A DNA stretch of 59,139 nt, filler included, from Trichosphaerium sp. ATCC 40318 (taxonomy: Eukaryota > Protista > Tubulinea), in NCBI GenBank assembly GCA_038496445.1. It is 3 parts of 3 records of this genome, joined end to end, with 100 filler letters (N's around TTAATTAATTAA, not from the genome) between each part and the next. Parts side by side here need not be neighbours in the genome. Positions count along the whole stretch, not along the records: positions 1 to 27,283 come from JALMLS010000543.1; 2 more parts are not named here. One strand, written 5' to 3'. Under the pieces are notes generated by a model, which saw only the letters and a list, made by a program, of their open reading frames with translations, was not told the DNA's origin and made no database searches. Numbering within the stretch: the stretch's first letter is position 1; each line of letters starts with the position of its first letter. The position numbers and the translations under genes were made by a program. This document shows positions 1 through 13,054 of the stretch, piece by piece.

Positions 1-1749
1 TTATAGGCGTACCTGAGGACTATGATGGTATTGACGTTGTGGACGAGAAGTCTTGTAGTCAAATTAATGTGTTTCTGTATAACTACAGAGAGTATTTAAT
101 GCCTCAGGACGTTATTGAGCATATATCAAAGACGCTGAGTAAACATGATGATCCTACCGTTGGAAAACGGATTTTTAGCTTCCTTCACGAATGGGTGACG
201 AATTTCTTTTTTGATTTTAAGGTACTCGGGTCAAATCTTTTCTTTGGCTTACGCGAAGTTGTGATGCCTTTAGTTTGACACTCTTTTATAGGAAGATCCT
301 GACCTCACAGCGAGATACCAGTACTTTCTTATGTTCCAATATAAGAAGGCTGTTCCTCAAATGGCAGAACGTCTTCAAACTCATCTTACTAAGAAAGTAC
401 GATCTTGAAGTCTGCTGCGCTCTTTTAAATATGCTTTGGGCTCATTTTGTTGTTTTTGTAGATTCGTAGTACTATGATTAAGATGACTAAATCAATGTCT
501 CTTACATCTAGTGTTTCTCACACACAAAAGACTCACTCTTGGAAGAGAAAGAAGATTTTAGACATGGACCCAAAAGATATTGCGGAGCAGATCACAGTGT
601 GCCAAGTTAATTTGTACAAGGTAACTAAAATGATTGTATTGTGTTTGGAGCATTTAGCGTAACAGCAACAAAAAAGTCAAGTTAGCGCGTAGCGGTACTT
701 ACTTTGTGGTAGAAAATTGCAGCGTTGGAATTGCTTGACCGTGCTTGGTTAAAAGAAGAAACCAAGTCTAAGAATAGCCCCAACCTTTTGGAGTTTATTG
801 CACTTGGGAATCATATTACACAACTGTTTACAAGTTTATTGCTTCAAAAGGATAGCAGTGAGAGGAAACGTGCAAAGACTGTCGAAAAGTTCATTGATAT
901 AACGCAGGTACGGATGGACGACCAAAAATGTCGAGTTTTTTTTTTGTCAGTTCGGAATTTTTTTTTGTAGTGTTAACTTCCTTTAGGAACTTGTTGCACT
1001 GAACAACTTTGATGGTGCTATGAGCTTTGTTTTTGTTCTTACTTCAGTTGCTGTTTGGAGGCTACACAAGACATGGGCTGTACGTTTAGTGCTGAAACAA
1101 CAACAAAAAAATCCAAACGTTGATTGTTTTTTTTCTGAGAAAAAGATAGAAGTTTCATTTTTTTCTTATTCTCTTGTTTTAGCGTGTTTCTGTTCAGAGA
1201 CAACAGCTCTTTATTGGTTTTATGGATTTATTTGATTTATCTCAAAACTATAAAAACTATAGAACCGCATTATCTAACACTAAAGGTCCTTGTTTACCTT
1301 ATATGGGCTCAGTTCTTGTTGACTTGAAAATGATTGCTGAAGCTTTTAAAAGAAACAATTGCCCTAATAAATGTTATGATATTGTTAAAGAGAACTTTCA
1401 TCGATGGACAATGATAACAAAGGTGCTTTCGAGTACGCTACGGTTTAATGAAGAGAAGACATATAAAATCAACTCAAAATCAAGCTTCTTGATCATCTTG
1501 ACGGCTTCAAGGTATGAAACACATTTTTTCTTCTTTTTTTCTTCTTTTTTTTGAAGTTTATTTGGCTCTGCAGAGACTTACTATTTGATTAGAGGTATGG
1601 ATACACAAGCGGCTATGGTACGCTCAAAAGACCTTGAGCCAAAGAGAGAAAAGAATGGAGCTTATCGTCCTGGTCAAGGAGGACCTCCTGTGGCTTTTGA
1701 AGCACTTAAAATGGAGTATGCTCAACAGATAGAACACAAGCAATTGTGA
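1..1749 (+). CDS. RasGEF (REM + CDC25 domain) protein, 5'-truncated, multi-exon
   Basis: Exon peptides FLHEWVTNFFFDF, ILDMDPKDIAEQIT, ELLDRAWLK..NSPNL, LNNFDGAMS, NYKNYR..GPCLPYMG, ENFHRW match the CDC25/RasGEF pattern. GT-AG introns; stop TGA 1747-1749. Confidence 0.85.
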
Positions 1750-1779
1750 GATTGTAACATATGTACATAAAGTAGAAAG

Positions 1780-1985
1780 TCAAAGGTCCTGTATATTTGT
1801 TTGTTTATTAATGAATGAGATTGTGAGTTCCGCACAGCCATTTGGGAATACCTTCATCTGTGATGATGTATTTGCAGCGTCTATTGTATGAACACCAGAA
1901 ACAATTTTAATGCCTTCATCTGTTACAGCAGTGTAATCAAGGAAAATAGTATGAACGCCTTTCAACGCTTTAACACCGACATCAG
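1780..1985 (-). pseudogene. Fragment of the LRR family seen at 3903-4586
   Basis: VTDVGVKALKGVHTIFLDYTAVTDEGIKIVSGVHTIDA matches the repeat of the 3903-4586 protein, but the frame breaks and there is no proper start. Confidence 0.6.
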
Positions 1986-2088
1986 TTACTTAAGTGGAAT
2001 TTTGTTGGCAACATATTAGGATATTACGTACTAAACTGAGCATTGTTTAGGTAAAGTATTGTGAAAGTAAGATCTTGTCAACTACGTT

Positions 2089-3099
2089 TTATTCAAGTTT
2101 TACTACAGCTTTGTTTGGTCTTGTAGAAGTATTTTTTGGAAAGATGTAGGTTATGTAACGTTCAGTGCCGACATAGCAAACGATAAGAGACATCCAAAAG
2201 GAAAGACCAAAAACAATGTCCCAGTTTCTCAAACCTGGATGCTAGCACATCTCGTTAGTAATCTTGTTTTAACATACCTAGTGTACCTCATCCATATTAA
2301 CAAATATTGGTATCAAGATGGCAGGTCTTTGCATTATGGAGAAGAGGATGCAACCCAAAGACCTTAAATTCCACATGTAATGAGATGAAAACCGTTTGTT
2401 TGTTGCTGCAATGTAGGCCTTTGTCATGCAGTAAAAATACCTGACTGCAACTATAATAGACGTAATAGGTATGTGAGCATCGTGTTCAGTATTTAAAGCT
2501 AGCATAACACCAGTGACGCATAAGAAAGCACCGATAAAGTAGTAAAGAACTGGAATAAGTTAAGGCAAAACATTGGCAATAAATATGAAAGGAAACAGAA
2601 GAAAAAAAAGCGGGAGGATACAACCACATAATCTGTGGAATGTGGGGTACTTCTGTCGAACACGTTTTGAGAATTGAAAAAGTGCAATCACGCCTTTTTG
2701 AGAAAATATTAAAAATGAATCACGTGATACGTTAGCAAAACTCACCAAAGATTGTTCCAAAATGGATATGAGGGTCTATGATATACTTTGATGACGTTTC
2801 ATGGTAGTTTATTCTCTCCTTTGCTACACGTTCCAAATACCTACAAAATCGAAGTTAAAACGTCACATGGGCGTAAAAATCACGTGCTGATCTGATATGT
2901 TGTGTCCCAAACCCTTTAACAATGGCTACACTTAGATTAGATAAAAAACGTCTTTAGCTCTCAAGCTTATTGTTTTTATTACCTCAAATGGTTGTAGAAC
3001 CATGTTTGGGTTGCCGATCGCGAAACGGTAAGAGTTTGACAATGTCCATAAACAGTGTACAGCCAATCCAACTGAAGTCAGTACATACAGCACCTTCAT
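2089..3099 (-). CDS. DUF2306-like multi-pass membrane protein, multi-exon
   Basis: Spliced peptides HIHFG..ALFQF..VRQKYPTFHRLCG, AATNKRFSSHYMWNLRS and FWMSLIVCYVGTERYI follow the His/Arg/Trp pattern of DUF2306. ATG 3099, TAA 2089-2091. Confidence 0.55.
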
Positions 3100-3902
3100 G
3101 GCTAATGTTTCGGGGTCGAGTTTTTATGGATTGACATCAGGTCTACCATTTTCACACTTGACTTTACTGAGCTTGTACTACGTGATTTTATCAATGCTTA
3201 TTACTTTACCAAGCTTCTGTCATCCTTCTTGTCGTGGTGTCATGCATCTTTTTGTATAGGGCTTGTTGTTGCGCCAAGAGGCCTTACTTTTCAGGTTACA
3301 AGCCGGTTACCTTGACTTCTTAACAACTATGATTCAGTAAAATAATGTGCTGAACAGCGTTGGACATAAACTGTTTAACGAAAATCAACTCAATAAAAGT
3401 ACTGCGAATTGCCATAACCGGTTAAGTAGAAACCGTTTGCTTAGAGCTCTAGTTTCGCCACTCCTTGTATTCCTTCTTTTTTGTATTTAACATATCAGGC
3501 TCCAATTTTATTGCCTCCTTGAATTCACCTAGTGGCCATTATACCATTCCTTGCACTCTCTGTACACCATTTACAAAAGACTATATCTCAAGAGGAAATG
3601 TAGTAGGTGTTTAAAATATGTTGTTTGTCTGTAGTACTTGTTAATTTTAATGGACTATGACTGTAGTTATGTATGGTAGGGGCTTTTTATAGTAATAACT
3701 AGTGTTTATTGCTTAAGTTTGGTATCTATTCAATAAGATAGGTTGAGTTAGAGATTTTGACCTTCAAAATTCTATCAACAGAGATTTCCAGATTAAATTA
3801 ACTTTGTAACTTCAAATACACTGGCGTCATTGCTATTTTTGTGGGGGGATAGTATTTATACCTTAATGAGCCTACGGCCCTTCTTCTTTTACTTGTACAC
3901 AA

Positions 3903-4586
3903 CTAGTAGCCTACTAATGCATTGACACCTTCATCTGTTATCAGTTCACAGCCATGAAAGTGAATAGAGTGTGCACCCTCCAATTCTTTTAGACCCTCAT
4001 CTGTTATTGAGTTGCATTCCTCAACATAGATTGTGTGTACACCTGCAAATGCCCTCAAACTTTCATCTGTTATTGTTGTAGCTGATAAATCAATCTCATG
4101 TACACCTGCCAATAGCTTCACACCTTCATCTGTTACATTTGTACCTGATAAATCAATGTACTGTACGCCTGCTAACACCTTGATGCCCTCATCTGTTATT
4201 AAGTCAAATTCTGGCAAGATAATTGTGCGCACGCCTCCCAACACCTTCAAGCCTTCATCAGTTACATTTGTACCCGATAAATCAATCTCATGTACACCTG
4301 CCAAGTACTTCACACAGTCGTCCGTCATTTGTAGCCAATGGCTCAATTCAATCGTTGTATTCCGAAGTAATGGACTACCAGCAAGGATCTTTGCTTCTTT
4401 TTCTCTTCTAATACGCATTCTACCATATCCAATGTGTTTGTGGATAATTTCATGTAACACGTGGCATGTTTGCCCTGCGCGAAGTGTATACCTCCCTTGT
4501 TTGAGAATATGCACTAGCATTTCAGTTGGAAGTGAAATAAGGTCTATTACCTCCTTGTTCGGATAGATGCTGTCTTTTTTATTCAT
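3903..4586 (-). CDS. F-box-like + leucine-rich repeat protein (intronless, 227 aa)
   Basis: N-terminal LISLPTEMLVHIL followed by ~6 repeats of GVHEIDLSGTNVTDEGLKVL. Confidence 0.85.
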   Translation of the reverse strand: MNKKDSIYPNKEVIDLISLPTEMLVHILKQGRYTLRAGQTCHVLHEIIHKHIGYGRMRIRREKEAKILAGSPLLRNTTIELSHWLQMTDDCVKYLAGVHEIDLSGTNVTDEGLKVLGGVRTIILPEFDLITDEGIKVLAGVQYIDLSGTNVTDEGVKLLAGVHEIDLSATTITDESLRAFAGVHTIYVEECNSITDEGLKELEGAHSIHFHGCELITDEGVNALVGY

Positions 4587-4706
4587 TTTGCTACGATGAT
4601 CGGACTCTAAAACAGTTTGTCATGTTAGTTCAATTAGAAAAGTCTCTAATAATATACTTTGTGCCAGAATTGATACAACCTTCGTTTTTGTAGTATTTTT
4701 TTTTGG

Positions 4707-4958
4707 TCAACGAAAGTACCATTCCTCTCGATCCGGCTACACCAGTTAGTATGTCTCAAAAACGAAATAATCACGTGGAACGCTAGAAAGACGGTTGTAA
4801 AGTTACGATGATGCTGATGGCGACTGTAACAGACACCACAAAAACGTGACACGTGATTTTTAGATGGTTACCTTTACGAAACTTGCCCAAGTGATTATTT
4901 CGTTTTTGAGACATACTAACTGGTGTAGCCGGATTGAGAGGAATGGTACTTTCGTTGA
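4707..4958. repeat. Long inverted repeat (72-bp arms, 108-bp loop), MITE- or hairpin-like
   Basis: 4707-4778 is the reverse complement of 4887-4958 with 2 mismatches. Confidence 0.9.
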
Positions 4959-5334
4959 GCAGCATCAAAAGCAGTTTTTACTTTTTTTATAAGTCTGCAG
5001 AACGGTAGTTTCCTTGGCTCGTGCCATTAGACCCAAGGTCAGTTTCGCAAGGTATTTCGTCAATCCACTTGAATAAACAAGTACCACTCTTATCAAAAGA
5101 ATGCTCACTTTGTAAATATACCCAAGTTGTATTATGTCGTCTTAGCCATTTACGCTGTGACTGCACCGGTGACATTTATTGTATGAACTTTGACATGCAA
5201 ACATACTAATTAGAAGTGCTGTTATTCAAACTCGAACACAAAGGTTACAGCAATCAGATAATGATAAAAATGCTTAGTTTATTTTGAGCATGAAAAGCCA
5301 AGAACAGATGCTTTATTAATTCAAAAACAATTTA

Positions 5335-5408
5335 CAACAAGTTTAAAAGTCAGGTAGTGCAGGCCCAAAAGAAAGGGATTTATGCACATCCTTCATGGCA
5401 AGTTGTTG
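5335..5408 (-). promoter_or_regulatory. Eukaryotic SECIS element (form 2) in a 3'UTR
   Basis: Minus strand reads CAACAA cttgcc ATGAA GG AT GTGCA T AAA T CCC tttctttt GGG cc TGCAC TA CC TGAC ttttaaac TTGTTG. This gives helix I, AUGA/UGA quartet, helix II, unpaired AAA and an apical mini-stem. Confidence 0.85.
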
Positions 5409-5433
5409 GTCTAGTTGTCGAGGAGCAAGCCCA

Positions 5434-6383
5434 TCACTTCGGTTGTGCTATTAAACATAGTGAGTATTGCAAACAACATTGCTTACCAAGTAAGCCACAA
5501 TTAGCTATGTCTATAACATCGTCATCGGTAGTATTAGCTGCTTTTAATTGCTTCAATAAATCACTACAATTTCTAAACCACTCAAAGCCTTCTGCGAATC
5601 CCTACCACGACAATCACTATTTCACGTTTTTTGAGAACAGTTTTACGTACTTGCTTTGTCAGTTTCCCTATATCCTTCATACCACCCCATATGTCCGGAT
5701 TGGAATTTCGCTTCCATTTGTTTTACAAGCTCAAATTTCGCCATACACTTTATAACCCAAGCGTCAAAAGCAGCATAGGAAAGTTGCATCTCCATCTTTT
5801 TTTGAAATCAACAAGATTAATTTATCACGTGACTTGGAGAAAAAAAAATAGGCGTACATTTTCGCGAACAGGATCGATAGTACCAAGTTTATACTTTCCA
5901 TCAGGTGACAGTAAGGAGATGCTAGCGAATCCTTTTTTAAAATGAGGGTGAATTTTTTGAATTCGACGAAACTCCTTAGTTGCTGATATATCATTAACAG
6001 GGAACATATGACTTCCATCTGATACATTAAGATCATAAGGTATAAATTCTCTATTTATACGACGAATAACACGTTCATCAGAGAGTAACCCGCTCCGCAG
6101 GATTCTACCTTTTTTCGAAATCAGCGCAACAAAAAAAAAAAAACACGTGTTTTTTGGCCTTACCTCCAAGTCAACAAACTCCCGTTTCTGGTTTTTCAAA
6201 GTAATCAACAACAATTTCCATAAAAATAGGTTTATTCTGAGCCATTGCAGCGTTTTTAACTTCACTTGCGTTTTTGTTCCAGTTTATACTTGTCCACCTT
6301 TGATATGGCTCATTTGATAATGTTGTACGTATATATGATGAAGTGGCATTATACTTATCCTTACAGACTTGTTGTCTAGCCAT
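5434..6383 (-). CDS. Thioredoxin-fold selenoprotein, SelN-like Cys-Sec motif
   Basis: ATG 6383 ...NKPIFMEIVVDYFEKPETGVC-TGA(6171-6173)-LG, intron 6109-6163, then GRILRSGLLSDERVIRRINREFIP. Resembles SelN SCUGSGRTLR..L.LLNESF. SECIS starts ~25 nt after the predicted stop (5434-5436). One downstream intron needs a GC donor (GCAAGT). Confidence 0.8.
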
Positions 6384-6567
6384 TTTAAAACAAATACGAA
6401 TAGCAAATGAAATGTCATGAGTTTTCTCCCAAAACTGCCCAAAAGTTGCCGAAATATTTTTCACTTTGGTTGCCTTGTTAAAACGTTGAGTTGTATTTTT
6501 AATACGTTGACACCAAACGCTGTATAAACTACTACCAGAAGTTCCGTACTTGTGCTAATGTTGGCAC

Positions 6568-8666
6568 ATGCATTGGACAACACGAACTCTCACGCTAGTT
6601 TTATTCGCATTGTTGGAAAATATATTTAAAAACTGTCAAGGCAAGAATCAACCTGTTCATCACTTCATCGCCAAGAGCTGTGCGTTCTTTGTTGCTCACA
6701 AAACAAACACTACAATTGTTAAGCCAACTCCAATTCTATTCACTTCAAACGCTGTCATCATAGCAACCACTAAAAGAAACAACATACATTCCAGAATAAT
6801 TATAAATGTATTCCAGGGAACGCCAGTCGTTTTTGAAGTATTTGTGTGTTGTCACGTTTTTTACAGCAACAGTATGCACCAGTGGTATGTTTCGAAAAAC
6901 AAATTCCAAATACTGTTTTAACGCCAGAAGCTGACTTCTTTCTTTAGAAAAAGAAGGTAATCCACTCGGTATGGCAGCGCACTTTTCAGGTGATATGGGA
7001 GATGGCGGTATTCTTATTGAGGGCGAAGACTTCAGTAGCAACTCTATAATTTCAGTTGGCGCCTGGATAAACTTTGACAAGTTCGTTGCCTTTTATATTA
7101 ATAAGCCCTTTTCTATTCTAATGCGAGTAGAGACTGTTCTTTCGCGGATTGCTACCTACACACTATCTTTTCGACAATATCCTTTACAGGTCATGACAAT
7201 GGTAGTATGTTTAGCGTTGGTAATTTCTTCCCCTCACTATCCAAGCGGCAACTTGCGTTTGATACTTTCAACAATGGCTTTTGGGATCAATATCCTAACA
7301 CCTTCGATTCAACCATTCACCCACAAGTGCCTGCAAATGAATGGGTATGTAAGATTGTGAAGGAAATGTTCTGATCAATACACAGATTTATGTTTATTGT
7401 TCACGTGATGTAGCCAAAAATAAGATTTCACTAAAGACAATATCAAACAACACAGTAGTCAGAAGTGTATACGGCTTACATCCCCTCTCTCACTCAGACA
7501 AGGTACACAATCCCTTAAAATAGTTAGTACTAATGAGTCTTTAACAACAAAGGGATATTTCGTGATTGGTTGTCTACGTAATGGTACTGTAGCTCGATTT
7601 GGGTTCTCTGTAAGCTATTTGCTTTAAATCTATATATCTTATTGAACCACTGTTGTAGGGTGACATTGACAACTTGAGTATTTGGAACAAGTACTAACAA
7701 CAACCTTTTCACTATTTTGTAATTGTTTTAAAAAAGGGAGCTATCAGATGACGAGCTTCTTGAATTGGCATACTCTCCTAATACAATGAATCCTGATTTA
7801 CTTTACTTTTTTGACTTTGACAACGGATATGGTCCAGTTATTTCCACGAACAATGTTACTGTGTCTATAGTTGGCGCAAATGTTCAACAGCGAAATTCGT
7901 ACAACAGTTATTTTTATGTGGTCCTAATTCAGTTTAGTTCTCTTCAAATAGACTCGCCAAGTGCACCGCCTACTCCTCCTACCGGTATGAGTCCAACTGT
8001 AGTGCCAACAAAATCACCAACTAAAGCCCCAACAATTGCACCAATGAGTGGTCCTACAACCTTTGGGTTGCCACTAACTATTGAGATAAACGGAACAATT
8101 GCAATTAATGGAAGTTACGTACTCACAACAAACCACAAGGTCACTTTTCGTGAAGGAGGACGTGTCAACATTACAGGTATTGAAACACCACTCATACTTT
8201 CTCACATGTTTTAAATCAAGGTTGCTTTACTCCTTCTGGAACACTTGTTGTCCATACGGATGAGAAACAAGACACAGAACGCACTTTATTTGAGTACAGT
8301 TGTATTAATTCAACAGATGGATTCTCAGATATACTTTTTGTTCATAGTGATAGTTGTAAAAAAGTAGAAGGTTCAATCAAACAGACATCTTCAAAGTTCT
8401 CAGTTGCTATGAACATCAAAAACACGTGTTCAGATTGGTGGAAGTACTTGGTCATTGGCCTAGCTGTGTTGATCATACTATTGATCATTGTTGCAATGAT
8501 TATCGCATACTATGTACCAGTACGTTTAGATAGACAAAAAACAAATAGTCACCTTCGTAAACACTTATGTTTTATTGAACAGTCACTCAGAGCAAGAATA
8601 TTTCCTTTTGAAAAGAGACCAATATACGCAGGTGAAGCAATTCAGGCAGCAAAGGAAACAAAATAA
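6568..8666 (+). CDS. Single-pass membrane protein with ConA-like/LamG domain and Pro/Thr stalk, multi-exon
   Basis: Exon peptides ISVGAWINF, VPANEW|IYVYC, FVIG, GDIDNLSIWN.ELSDDEL, LLYFFDFD; stalk PTKSPTKAPT; TM WWKYLVIGLAVLIILLIIVAMII. 5' end uncertain. Confidence 0.65.
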
Positions 8667-9139
8667 AACTACACAGATGATTTATGTACAATGTTCTGCT
8701 AAATGAAGCGCGTTTTATCAATGTTTATTGTTGCCTTTTTACATGACCTATCTGCTGAAAATAAAAAATTGTTTAACTATTGTTCTCAGCCTGTTAAATA
8801 CCCTGGGTTTTCAACACTTAGCAAAATTGCTATGTGCCCGTGAAAGACCAAAAAAATCAGTAGGGACAGAACGCGTAACATGTTGCCGAATTTCAAGAAA
8901 AGCAGTCAATCTTCAAAAAAACACATGATTTCATTGCTCTTAAGTTTTGTTGTAGAGCAATACCAGTACTTGATTTCACTGATAGGTAAGAACCACGTTT
9001 GAGAGTCATACTTTTGCGTTTAGACGACTTTACTATTTCAAGTACGCTGCCAATACCACCGCACTAGTCACTTTTACCTACAAAGCCTTTTTAAATCCCA
9101 AAAACAACAACTTAAAAATAGCCAAGATTTCACTACTAC

Positions 9140-9270
9140 TCTGCCTGATATGGTTGCTCATTTTTCGGACAGCTAGCATTCAAATACCAAGTTATGGTAG
9201 TATTCGTTAAGAAACGAAGACTTCAGTAGCGACTATAACAAGTGAGTTACTTGGGCTTTAACGGTTTTTG
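9140..9270 (+). pseudogene. Decayed paralogous fragment of the upstream LamG gene
   Basis: ATGGTTGCTCATTTTTC..GGTAGTATTC..GAAGACTTCAGTAGC parallels 6971-7040 (ATGGCAGCGCACTTTTC..GGCGGTATTC..GAAGACTTCAGTAGC), with stops. Confidence 0.45.
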
Positions 9271-10351
9271 ACAATTACTGCGGGAGATGCAAACCTCATA
9301 CATTAATCACACCATTTAATAGTTTTAAAACAGTGTGTTTCGGACGTATACATCGCCTACACACGCGCTAGAATATAAACAAACCTTCGCTAGTGCTACA
9401 GTCGCTGCTCGCCCAACACTTTGATTTGAAATGAGGAGATAAAAGTTATGCCATTGCAAACAACATTGATAGAGAGGCAACCTTTTCCGGTGAACAGACG
9501 CATTCAATCGTATGCAAGGATTGAAATCACGCACAAAATACAATGTTATCACCTTCGGCAATAATGGGCATACAACATTAAATGCCCGAAACGATAGTCG
9601 AAACATTTTATAGCTTAGTCATCATTTGTATTAAATAAGGCTATGTCCCCAAAAAATAAAAATCACGTGTTAACAAAACAATGAAATACTACACTAAAAT
9701 CCACGTTCACAATTAATTTATCCAGTCGCGCTACCAAACTTGCGCTGGTGAATACACTGTGCTCTCCTTTTGTTGAGTCAGATACTTGAGTCTGTGGCAC
9801 TGGACCTCTAAAAGCAACAAAATTTATAACTGTAGTAGTCATATCATAACCATCAGCATTCATAAAGAAGGATTTGCACGTGATATTGGTATTTAAACAA
9901 TCTATACTTTTTTCACGTGAAGAACACAACTTTATTTACTTCACTAAAAAGAGTTCACAAAACACGAAATATCTCGAACAATATATTGTATATCATGTGA
10001 TTTTACAAAAAAACTACATTTCCCAATACGTAGTGTCTTGCTTCACTCATTGTTTACTATATTGATTTCTTCATATTTCTTTGGATAGAAAAATGGGTAA
10101 AGCGGGAAAAACTATTTCCTTAAAAAACAGGAAACAAAAGACAGCTTTAAGATATCAATAAAAAAAACAGTAACAAATACAGATTTTCTGAAAATGTACC
10201 AAGCGCTTGTAAGGCATCACGGTAGTTGTTGTGTTAACCTATTTTTTAAGTTTGTATTTCGGGATACTGTTTCTGAAAAAAACCATAATTGACTTCACCC
10301 AAAATTTGACCATTTGGCCCGAAAAACAATCAAATTAGGAAAACAATTGCA

Positions 10352-12928
10352 ATGACAACACTTCCAGTAGTACTCTTTCTTTGTTTAATATGTATTATAC
10401 CGTATTTGTTCGTATCGGCTTCTTTTGATCAGTTGACATACCCGAACAAACAAACCTTATCACCTGGTATCTTCACTTTATTCTGGCGTGTTGATGAAGC
10501 AACCCAAGACATCTTCTTTGCTTTTGAAGTTAAGACAACAGGGTACATCTCTTTTGGTATTGGCGAGCCAACAAGTGGAAGGTACGTTAGATCTAATTGG
10601 CAGTGTTAGCATTGTACTAACAGCCGATCTTTTTTAGTATGGGAGGATCTGATATGGTTTGGGGTTTTGTTGATGGTACGCTATCCTTTTTTGTTTAGTT
10701 CTCAGTTACTACTTTATGTACTGACTGCAATCTAACGTTTGCTTATAGACATGACTGGAAGAGTTGAAGTGAGCGACATGTACTGTACGAAGGTATGTTT
10801 CATACGGTTCCTCAAGCATTGTTTTAAAACACAGTTAGACTGGTGTTACACCAATCAAAGATTCTTGTCAGCATTGGAAAATTGTGTCAGGAGGACAGAG
10901 TAATACAACAACAATCATTGAAGTTACCAGAAAACTTGATACACAAGATCAAAATGTACGACCGTGAAATGATTAAACTATTTTTTTGAAGAGATTGATT
11001 TTCAGTTAGGATCGTGTCATTACGAGCGGAGTAAATAGAATTGTTGCAGCATGGGGAACCAACGATATGTTTTCTTACCATGGACAAAACAGAGGTACTT
11101 GATGTGGAGTGTCAGCTTTGAAGTTATTGCTTACCTTAAGTAGTTGCAAGTGTTGCTGTGTTTTATGGCGATTCCCCTCTTACACCGCCTTCTGGAACAA
11201 AAAAGGAATCATTTATAGCGAACGGTACTAAGCAAGTTTTGTGGTGTAGTGCACTTACTCTCTTTCTTTTTTAGACTTCGAAATACCACCAAAAACAACA
11301 ACTTATGTATGCCAGTACACCCAATTACAAAATCTTACAAAAGTCCACGCAGTGATGGTACGCGCTTTTTCTCGTATTTTGTTGGAACTAAACATTGTAA
11401 TAGTTTGAGCCAGTGATTGACAATGAAGATTACGTTCATCACATGCTATTTCATGACTGTTCAGGAATGCTTAAAACACCTGAAAGTCGTGTACTTCTAG
11501 AATCATGGAAAGGTTCTGGTGCAGAATGTGAATCACCTCAAGTACGCTATAAATAAAATAACCAGAGTTCCGTTCGGTACTAATCCTATGTCAAAGGGTA
11601 TAGTTGGATGTAGACTTGTGTGGGCTTGGGCAAAAGGAGGTCTTGGATACAAATTACCAGAAAATGTTGGTATGTTTTTCGACTCGCTAACTGCATTCTA
11701 TTCTTGTTATTTACGTTGTAAAGGTGTCCCTATGGGTGGTCCGTTAGATGCAACTGATATGGTAGTTGAGATTCATTATGATAATCCAAGTCTTGATGCT
11801 GGTATTCGTGACAAGTATGGTTTTCTTTAGTTCTGAAGTCTTTTTCACTCACATGTGCATTTAGCTCTGGTGTTGCTGTATTTACAACTACAAATCTAAG
11901 ACCAATAGAAGCCGGTATAATCAGTATTGGTGATCCAGTTTTAGCACTAAAGCCTATCCCTGCTGGGACTTCTGATGTAAGCGAAGCTTCGTTTTGACAA
12001 TAGTTGACTTACCTTTTTTGTAGCACCACATTGAAACAAGTTGCTCTCCTGCTTGTACAACAAGTGACCAATGGGTAGAAGATGAGATTACAGTTATTGG
12101 TAGCTTCCTACATATGCATGAGTATGGTATGCCTTTTCAAAACCAATAATATAAAAAGATATCAACTAACCATCGTTGTTTTCAGGTTCAAGTATTTACA
12201 CAAACATAACACGTGACGGTAACACCGTTGCATCTTCAAATCACATTGACTTCTGGACTTTGGTACGCACTTTAATAAAGTGAACAATAGCGAACCTCTG
12301 TGCATCTCACATTTCTTCAAAGCATTCCAACAGTTCACACCTGTCAACTACACAGTATCGAGAGGAGATCGCATAAACCTACATTGCAATTTCGATGCAG
12401 CAAGCTCAAGTATTGATATTGTCTTCGGCACAGCATCAAGCCAAGAAATGTGTCAAGCGTACTTGATGTACTATCCAGCGATGCCAAGAATGAGGTTAGT
12501 CTTGAATTAGTTTTCTTTTATTGTCACCAGTCTCATTGCTTCTTGTAAGGTATTGTGGACTAGCTGACAGCGAGAATTTATTTTGTGGTGGAATACAAGA
12601 TATTGTTGCATCTGTGAGTCCTCCTTTGGCAAACGCTGGTATGTTGTAACGTTGTTAAACATATCATTTGGACAATTGTATTTAATACTTTTTTACAATA
12701 GATGAAACTGAAACTCGAGCCATCACGTTTATACAAGAACCAGCCAAGTGTCCGGATACTTCAATTGACGTTACTGACACAGTTATTGAACCAGCAAACA
12801 CTCCAAGTAGTGGTTCAACATATGCTCCAACTGACGCTTCTCCCAGCTCAACATCTTCTGCTACAACTCTTACATCAACCGTGGTGGTATTTATAGTTTT
12901 CTTGCAACTCTACCATCTGTTTAAGTAG
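10352..12928 (+). CDS. DOMON + copper type II ascorbate-dependent monooxygenase (DBH/MOXD1-like), secreted, possibly GPI-anchored
   Basis: Signal peptide; DOMON (LFW..TTGYISFG..GSDMVWG); VHHML, WAWAKGG, VEIHYDNP, FLHMH, LHCNF, QEMC motifs; S/T-rich hydrophobic tail. Confidence 0.9.
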
Positions 12929-13054
12929 ATTGAAAATACAGTTGATGATTTCGAATAAAGTAGATATTTTGTTACTGCATTTATTATCTCATAGTAAATT
13001 TCTTCCGCTGTTGACAGCGTACACTCATTAAGATGTCGCGTACTAACCACTACG

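Noticed and set aside
4033-4566. 177-aa plus-strand repeat ORF
   Set aside because: Antisense shadow of the LRR gene.
5021-5209. AN1-like zinc finger fragment (CSLC..CDC..YC)
   Set aside because: Incomplete ligand set and no supported gene structure.
6745-7080. Minus-strand ORF with F-box-like start (APTEIIELLL)
   Set aside because: Overlaps plus-strand exons of the LamG gene, which have better motif and splice support.
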